Below are positions 18,524-23,513 of a DNA stretch of 23,513 nt, in pieces. The notes under the pieces are model-generated. The model saw only the letters and a list, made by a program, of their open reading frames with translations. It searched no databases and had not been told where the DNA came from. The stretch's first letter is position 1; each line of letters begins with the position of its first letter. This DNA comes from Elusimicrobiales bacterium (GTDB lineage: Bacteria > Elusimicrobiota > Elusimicrobia > Elusimicrobiales > UBA9959): assembly GCA_049972095.1 (NCBI GenBank), contig JBMFKQ010000027.1:1-23513 (forward strand), written 5' to 3'. The translations under genes were made by a program, and so were the position numbers.

Positions 18524-19554
18524 ATTACTATCTGCCTCATTATTCTAAGATCATTTTCATACAAAATCCTCAAATCATCTATACCAAAAAAAAGCATTGT
18601 AAATCTCTCAATGCCAGCCCCAAAAGCAAAGCCACTATATTCATAAGGATCATAACCACAGTTTGAAAGGACATTTGGATGAATCATCCCTGCACCAAGT
18701 AACTCTATCCAGCCACTTCCCTTACATACCCTGCATAACCTATCTTTACCCTTACAAAAAACACATGACACCTCAACCTCTGCTCCTGGCTCAACAAATG
18801 GAAAGTATGAGGGCATAAATCTTATCTCAGCGCTGTTTCCAAAAATATCTCTTATAAAACTCTCAAGGGTCCATTTAAGATCACACATTGTAACCTTCTC
18901 ATCAACATAGAATCCCTCTATCTGGTTAAATACAAAAGAATGAGTTGCATCTATAGCCTCTGATCTAAAAACCCTTCCTGGAGAGATTATCCTAAACGGT
19001 GGTTTGTATTTAAGCATGGTTCTTATCTGAACAGGAGATGTATGTGTTCTGAGAAGTAGATTTTTACCTTCCTTGTCCTTAGCATCAACATAAAAAGTAT
19101 CCTGCATATCCCTTGCAGGATGATGCTCAGGGAAGTTGAGGGCTTTAAAATTGTAAAAATCCTCTTCAACAAGAGGTCCCCACTCAACAGAGAAACCAAG
19201 TTTTAAAAGGGTTTTTATGATCCTTAAAAGTGTGATGGTTATTGGGTGAGATGATGAAAGATTTACTGGCTTTGATGGAAGGGTTAAATCAAGAAAAACT
19301 CCAGAGGAAAAGCCTTCATCATCACAAAAACCAGAAATATAGTTCTCAACATTCTTTTTGAGTTCATTTCCTTTCATTCCAAGCTCTCGTCTAAATTGAT
19401 GAGGAATATCAGAAAGTTTTTTAAGCAGGATTGTAAGCTCCCCCTTTTTAGAAATGAGTTTTTCTCTTATGTCTGAAGGGGAAGAATTTTTTTTAAGTGA
19501 CTCAAAAAGCAAAACAACTCTCTCAAATTCCCTTAGCCACTCCTCTCTTGTCAT
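18520..19554 (-). CDS. pheS: Phenylalanine--tRNA ligase alpha subunit
   Basis: Motifs HHPARDMQDTF, LLRTHTSPVQ, YFPFVEP and GFAFGAGIER. Confidence 0.98.
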   Translation of the reverse strand: MTREEWLREFERVVLLFESLKKNSSPSDIREKLISKKGELTILLKKLSDIPHQFRRELGMKGNELKKNVENYISGFCDDEGFSSGVFLDLTLPSKPVNLSSSHPITITLLRIIKTLLKLGFSVEWGPLVEEDFYNFKALNFPEHHPARDMQDTFYVDAKDKEGKNLLLRTHTSPVQIRTMLKYKPPFRIISPGRVFRSEAIDATHSFVFNQIEGFYVDEKVTMCDLKWTLESFIRDIFGNSAEIRFMPSYFPFVEPGAEVEVSCVFCKGKDRLCRVCKGSGWIELLGAGMIHPNVLSNCGYDPYEYSGFAFGAGIERFTMLFFGIDDLRILYENDLRIMRQIVI

Positions 19555-19563
19555 GGGAAGATA

Positions 19564-19917
19564 TTAGTTAAGATATTTTTTTGCAATCTCAACAAGCTTT
19601 GTAAATGATTGGGGATCATTAATGGCAATCTCTGAAAGCATTTTTCTGTTAAGCTCAACATTTGCTTTTTTGAGTGCGCCAATAAATTTACTGTAGCTTA
19701 GCCCGTACTCCCTCACAGCTGCATTAAGTCTCACTATCCACAGAGATCTCATATCTCTTTTTCTGTTGCGTCTGTCAATATATGCTTTTGTAAGAGATTT
19801 CTTTACCTGCTGAGTTGCCATCCTCAGTCTTCTTGATTTATCACCATAATATCCCTTGGCAAGCTTCAATATTCGTTTTTTTCTTCTGTTTCTTGCAACG
19901 GCATATTTTATTCTCAT
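19564..19917 (-). CDS. rplT: 50S ribosomal protein L20
   Basis: Motifs LAKGYYG, R.LWIVR.NAA and LNRKMLSEIA. Confidence 0.98.
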   Translation of the reverse strand: MRIKYAVARNRRKKRILKLAKGYYGDKSRRLRMATQQVKKSLTKAYIDRRNRKRDMRSLWIVRLNAAVREYGLSYSKFIGALKKANVELNRKMLSEIAINDPQSFTKLVEIAKKYLN

Positions 19918-19947
19918 AACATCTCCTTGATTAAATCAACAGTAAAA

Positions 19948-20151
19948 TTAGTGATATGGTATATAGGTTTTGAGTATTTTTGCAGTGGTGGTATTTGCCC
20001 CAATAACCTTTGGTTTTCTCAAACTTCTTCCTTTAGAAGCTGACATGGGTGTTAAAAGGTGTCTAAGACCACATTTCTTCCATTTTATCTTGCCACTCGC
20101 AGTAACCTTGAGTCTTTTTTTAGCACCGCTATGTGTTTTCATCTTTGGCAT
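19948..20151 (-). CDS. rpmI: 50S ribosomal protein L35
   Basis: MPKMKTHSGAKKR.K.TASGK, with SD AAGGAG. Confidence 0.97.
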   Translation of the reverse strand: MPKMKTHSGAKKRLKVTASGKIKWKKCGLRHLLTPMSASKGRSLRKPKVIGANTTTAKILKTYIPYH

Positions 20152-20198
20152 AAAAGCTCCTTTCCTCTTAAAATAAAAAGTAAAAAGGCTGTATAACT

Positions 20199-20207
20199 AT
20201 TATACCA
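20199..20207 (-). promoter_or_regulatory. Extended -10 promoter element (TGGTATAAT) of the rpmI operon
   Basis: Exact TGnTATAAT ~48 nt upstream of the rpmI ATG; no consensus -35. Confidence 0.65.
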
Positions 20208-20232
20208 TTTTTTATGTGAGTTCTATCATCCT

Positions 20233-20297
20233 CGCATTAGATAATAATTTTTGTCATTGTAGATATTTATCGTTAGATAAAAAATATGTTATCGAAA
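20233..20297 (+). repeat. Direct repeat copy 1: double-palindrome element
   Basis: 58/65 identical to 23368-23431 by manual alignment. Contains TTAGATAAT-AATTTTT-GTCATTGTA (20237-20261) and TTAGATAAA-AAATAT-GTTATCGAA (20273-20296). Confidence 0.92.
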
Positions 20298-20364
20298 ATC
20301 TTCTAAATAAGGTTTAAAGATCATTGATGGTGATAGAAAGTTTATCAAACAACCTGATTAGACC

Positions 20365-20766
20365 TTAGTGGACTTCAAAATCAATAATAATATCCTCTCT
20401 TAAACTCCTACTTACTGGACAGTTTTGTATAGCAGTAAGTAGCTTTTTCTTTTGAATCTCATTAATACCCTCTGGAAGTTTTATTTTACCGCAAAGCTTT
20501 GCAACCTTTCTTGGATTTTGTTGCATATGCTTTTCTATTATTATTTGTGCATTTTCAAAATTAATATTCTCTCTTTCTGCTATTAGTGACATAATTGTTA
20601 ATATACAGCTTGCCACGGATGATGCTAAAAGATCAGTAGGAGAAAAATCTCGCCCTTTACCACCATTGTCAGGTGGCAAATCTGTTACGATCTTTTGACC
20701 TGTTGGAGTATGGGTTAGCTCAACCCTTCCATCACCTATATATCTTGCAACTATTTCAGTTGACAT
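20365..20766 (-). CDS. OsmC/Ohr-like family protein
   Basis: TD.P.DNGG.G..FSPTDLLASSVASC and second cysteine motif NCPVSRSL, with SD AGGAGG. Confidence 0.92.
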   Translation of the reverse strand: MSTEIVARYIGDGRVELTHTPTGQKIVTDLPPDNGGKGRDFSPTDLLASSVASCILTIMSLIAERENINFENAQIIIEKHMQQNPRKVAKLCGKIKLPEGINEIQKKKLLTAIQNCPVSRSLREDIIIDFEVH

Positions 20767-20948
20767 TAATACCTCCTATTTAACGCTCTTTTCTTCTATT
20801 ATTGCAACCTCGCGGCTTGTTTTCGATATTCTCCTAACCATTTTATATCTTTCAAAACTACCTCATAAACCCCACTTTTAAAAGTAGATCTACCCTTCAT
20901 AACATTTATATCCATTAAATAAACTCAATAAGTTTTACATTCACTTCT

Positions 20949-20977
20949 ATTATACTACCAAAGCAATATTTAGTCAA
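20949..20977 (-). promoter_or_regulatory. Near-consensus sigma70 promoter upstream of the OsmC-family gene
   Basis: TTGACT (20977-20972), 17-bp spacer, TATAAT (20954-20949). Confidence 0.7.
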
Positions 20978-21667
20978 TACCAATCAGTTTCAATGCCGAC
21001 GCACACGCCAGAAGTTTTATCCTGCCAATAAAACACATCCTTCCATAGAGAGAAAAGCCAAGCGCTATCAGTGAAAGAGGGATAACGGTGGCTGAAATTT
21101 CAGACAGGATTGCTGCAACTAAACCTGATGGTCTTATGGAAAGAAAAGCCAGTCCCACACTCAGAAAAGAACTGATCAGAACTGGACTTTTTAGAATATG
21201 TTTAATGAATGAAGAGAAGGCAGATTCGTCTTCCGATATTAGATTTATAATTGTCAGGCAAAAAGTGAATATAATAAGGTTATGCGCTACTGAAACCAGT
21301 GCCGCATAACCTATAAATTCTTCTCCCATAAAAGCGGCCATAGCCGGCAGCCCCAAATAAACTGTATTCCCAAGAACAGAAATAATTAAAAGGGTTCTTG
21401 CCTGATTAACGGATAAAATTCCGGCTTTCCAGCAAATGAACAGGGCAATAGATAGAACTAATATTGGAATAGTGTTTACAGCCAGAAAAGCGCCTGAAAG
21501 AGAAGTTATATCAAGTGATGAAACCTTGTATATTATAATTGCCGGCAGGCCGAGGTAATAAAGATATTTATTGAGAAACCATAAGGGCTGATCTCTGTGG
21601 CGATCCAGTCGGGCAAAGATCCAGCCGCAGCCATGAATAGTATTATTTTGAAAAAAGAAAAAGCCAT
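20970..21667 (-). pseudogene. AEC (auxin efflux carrier) family transporter, frameshifted and 3'-truncated
   Basis: ATG 21667 gives MAFSFFKIILFM, then a 1-nt frameshift at ~21631, then GCGWIFAR...LNKYLYYLGLPA...GNTVYLGLP...PLSLIALG...LKLIGID*. It stops after ~230 aa, short of the usual ~300-aa AEC length. Confidence 0.8.
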
Positions 21668-21668
21668 T

Positions 21669-23327
21669 TTAAACCGGGAAGAAAAGAACAAGTATCTGTG
21701 TTGATATTATTCTAAGAAACATAACCCACGGATAAACCAAAGCATAGCTCATGGATGAAGCATTTGAAGGAGAAAGTGAGTTTGAAAAAGCAAGCGCTGG
21801 CGGATCGGTCATTGAACCGGCAAGAGCTCCGCATAACGAGATATAATTGGTTTTGTACCTGATTTTCATGAAAGTTCCTATGACCATTATGGGGATGAAT
21901 GAAATGAGAAAAGACAGAACGGCTATTTTGAGTCCTTCCCCATAAATAAGCATACTGAAAAAACTTTCTCCCGATTTAAGCCCAACACTGGCAAGAAAAA
22001 GCACTATTCCTATTTCTCTCAGCATGAGGTTGCCTGCCGGGGGCATGTACCAGCTGATAGGTCCTATACTCTGCCTGTAGCTAAAAAAAATAGCCGCTAT
22101 AAGGGGGCCTCCTGCAAGCCCGAGCTTAAGAGGATGAGAAAAACCGGGTATACTGAACGGGATTGAGCCGATTATAACGCCAACTATTATACCTATAAAA
22201 ACTGGTATAAGCTGTGGATGATTGAGATCCTTTGGAGAATTACCCAAAAGAGAAGAGGCTTTTTTAACATCTGACTCATCGCCTACAAGAACAATATTGT
22301 CTCCATACTGAAGCCGATAGTCGTCATTGATTATAAATTCCACATCAGCCCTGGACACTCTGGTGGCAATTACATTGTAGGAATATATGCCGCTTTCTGC
22401 AAGGGTCTTTCCAATAACATTTTTTCTGGAAACTACAACTCTGGAATGAATTATCTTGCTTGATATTTTCCTTAAATCTGTTTCAGCCGGAGAACCAACT
22501 ATTTTCATAAATTGCTCAAGATTTTCTCTATTTCCAACAGCCAGTATTATGTCGCCCGTTGATATAATGTCCTCTTCATGGGCAAGAGAAACGGAATTTC
22601 CTTTGCATATTCTGGAAACAACTATATTAAGGCTGTGTATGGCAGGTATATCCTTTATTTTCATTCCATCAAGATTTTTGTTTTCAACCTTTATATTGCA
22701 ATTTTCTATACTGGATGAAGCCGTCGCCTTTAGCAGGCTTTCCATATCTGCTTCGGCCTCCTTCCTGAAAATAAGTCTAATCAGAATCATGGTAAGTATT
22801 ATGGCTATTATGGCTCCAGGATAGGCAAGGGCATAACCCACTGAAATATCGTTTACTCTCTCAGCTAAAGGGGTATTTATTATGGCCTGCTGCGCCGCAG
22901 CCAGAGACGGAGTATTGGTCACCGCACCTGTGTACATACCTATGGCTAATGGCATGCCTATAGAAAAAAACCTGGATAGCAGTATTGTAATAGCTATACC
23001 GGAAAGTATTATAGCAGTTGCCATCACATTCAACCTAAGGCCATCTTTTTTAAAAGAGGAAAAAAAGCCAGGTCCAACCTGAGTGCCCACGGCATAGACG
23101 AAAAGTATAAGTCCGAACTCCCTCATAAATTCAAGTATTTTTTCAGATGGATGCAGCCCCAGATAAGAAAGAATAATGCCGGCGAAAAGCACACCGGCTA
23201 TACCAAAATTTATCCTGAATATTTTTATACCTCCCAGAAAAAGCCCAAGCGCTCCTGTAAGCGAAAGCGATAGGACGGCGAAAGCTATGCCTTCCGGGGG
23301 GAAAAGATTGTTTAACATACCAATCAT
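21669..23327 (-). CDS. AspT/YidE/YbjL family antiporter with two TrkA-C domains
   Basis: Duplicated membrane domains (EFGLILFVYAVG..VGP.FF, GAVTNTPSL; GLAGGPLI, GSMTDPPAL, YALVYP) flank two RCK_C domains. Confidence 0.93.
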   Translation of the reverse strand: MIGMLNNLFPPEGIAFAVLSLSLTGALGLFLGGIKIFRINFGIAGVLFAGIILSYLGLHPSEKILEFMREFGLILFVYAVGTQVGPGFFSSFKKDGLRLNVMATAIILSGIAITILLSRFFSIGMPLAIGMYTGAVTNTPSLAAAQQAIINTPLAERVNDISVGYALAYPGAIIAIILTMILIRLIFRKEAEADMESLLKATASSSIENCNIKVENKNLDGMKIKDIPAIHSLNIVVSRICKGNSVSLAHEEDIISTGDIILAVGNRENLEQFMKIVGSPAETDLRKISSKIIHSRVVVSRKNVIGKTLAESGIYSYNVIATRVSRADVEFIINDDYRLQYGDNIVLVGDESDVKKASSLLGNSPKDLNHPQLIPVFIGIIVGVIIGSIPFSIPGFSHPLKLGLAGGPLIAAIFFSYRQSIGPISWYMPPAGNLMLREIGIVLFLASVGLKSGESFFSMLIYGEGLKIAVLSFLISFIPIMVIGTFMKIRYKTNYISLCGALAGSMTDPPALAFSNSLSPSNASSMSYALVYPWVMFLRIISTQILVLFFPV

Positions 23328-23333
23328 AGATAG

Positions 23334-23342
23334 ATTTTACCA
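23334..23342 (-). promoter_or_regulatory. Extended -10 element (TGGTAAAAT) 6 nt upstream of the antiporter ATG
   Basis: TGGTAAAAT-CTATCT-ATG. Its offset from repeat copy 2 equals the offset of the rpmI -10 from copy 1. Confidence 0.55.
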
Positions 23343-23367
23343 AAATTTAAGTCCTACTAAAAATCAC

Positions 23368-23431
23368 CGCATTAGATAATAATTTTTGTCATCGAAGAAA
23401 TCATCGTTAGATAATAAATATGTCATCGAAA
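23368..23431 (+). repeat. Direct repeat copy 2: double-palindrome element
   Basis: Contains TTAGATAAT-AATTTTT-GTCATCGAA (23372-23396) and TTAGATAAT-AAATAT-GTCATCGAA (23407-23430). Confidence 0.92.
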
Positions 23432-23469
23432 CCTCTGGATTAGGTATAACTAATCTTAGGAGGTATTTT

Positions 23470-23513
23470 ATGATGGAGGCGTTTGATATGAAATTACTAA
23501 AAGAATACTGTGG
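23470..23513 (+). CDS. 5' end of a divergent gene of unknown function (partial)
   Basis: Strong SD AGGAGGT (23458-23464), then ATG 23470 reading MMEAFDMKLLKEYC... open to the window end. Alternative start ATG 23488 behind GGAGG. Confidence 0.65.
   Translation, partial: MMEAFDMKLLKEYC

Noticed and set aside
19854..19866. CCT + TGGCAAGCTT in rplT matching the first 10 nt of the putative pseudo-spacer
   Set aside because: It is a short match inside an essential coding gene rather than a promoter, and the PAM of this system is unknown. Chance is likely.
20233..20297. Repeat element as a CRISPR array, integron attC or chromosomal dif
   Set aside because: The gaps between units are only 10-11 nt and conserved, so they are not spacers. 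GTTAGAT fits GTTRRRY but has no upstream RYYYAAC partner. The match to XerC/XerD dif arms is poor.
23143..23343. 66-aa minus-strand ORF overlapping the antiporter 5' end
   Set aside because: It is an alternative frame within a well-supported gene and has no protein-like features.

Overview
AT-rich bacterial chromosome segment with almost all genes on the minus strand. The left end (1-3286) is the 5' part of a type I-B (Tneap/Cst1) CRISPR-cas operon: a partial cas8b1 missing from the ORF track and two divergent, intact-looking cas6 paralogues. Between the cas6 genes lie a deleted MNT-HEPN remnant and a solitary CRISPR-repeat-like unit. The middle (3369-20151) is a tightly coupled housekeeping run: WG-repeat protein, yajQ, tRNA-Gln, spoVG, ispE, TPR protein with a LolB-like tail, rimI, tsaB, tsaE, thiL, nnrD, acpS, glmS, pdxJ, glmM, pheT, pheS, rplT and rpmI, with no infC. 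At the right end a ~3.1 kb block (OsmC-family gene, broken AEC transporter, AspT/YidE antiporter) sits between two directly repeated ~65-bp elements. Each element holds two 9-(6/7)-9 palindromes at identical spacing from an extended -10 box. The second copy precedes a divergent gene cut off by the window edge. This repeat arrangement and the solitary CRISPR-like unit are the best candidates for novel biology. All calls come from reading the sequence by eye; no searches were run.
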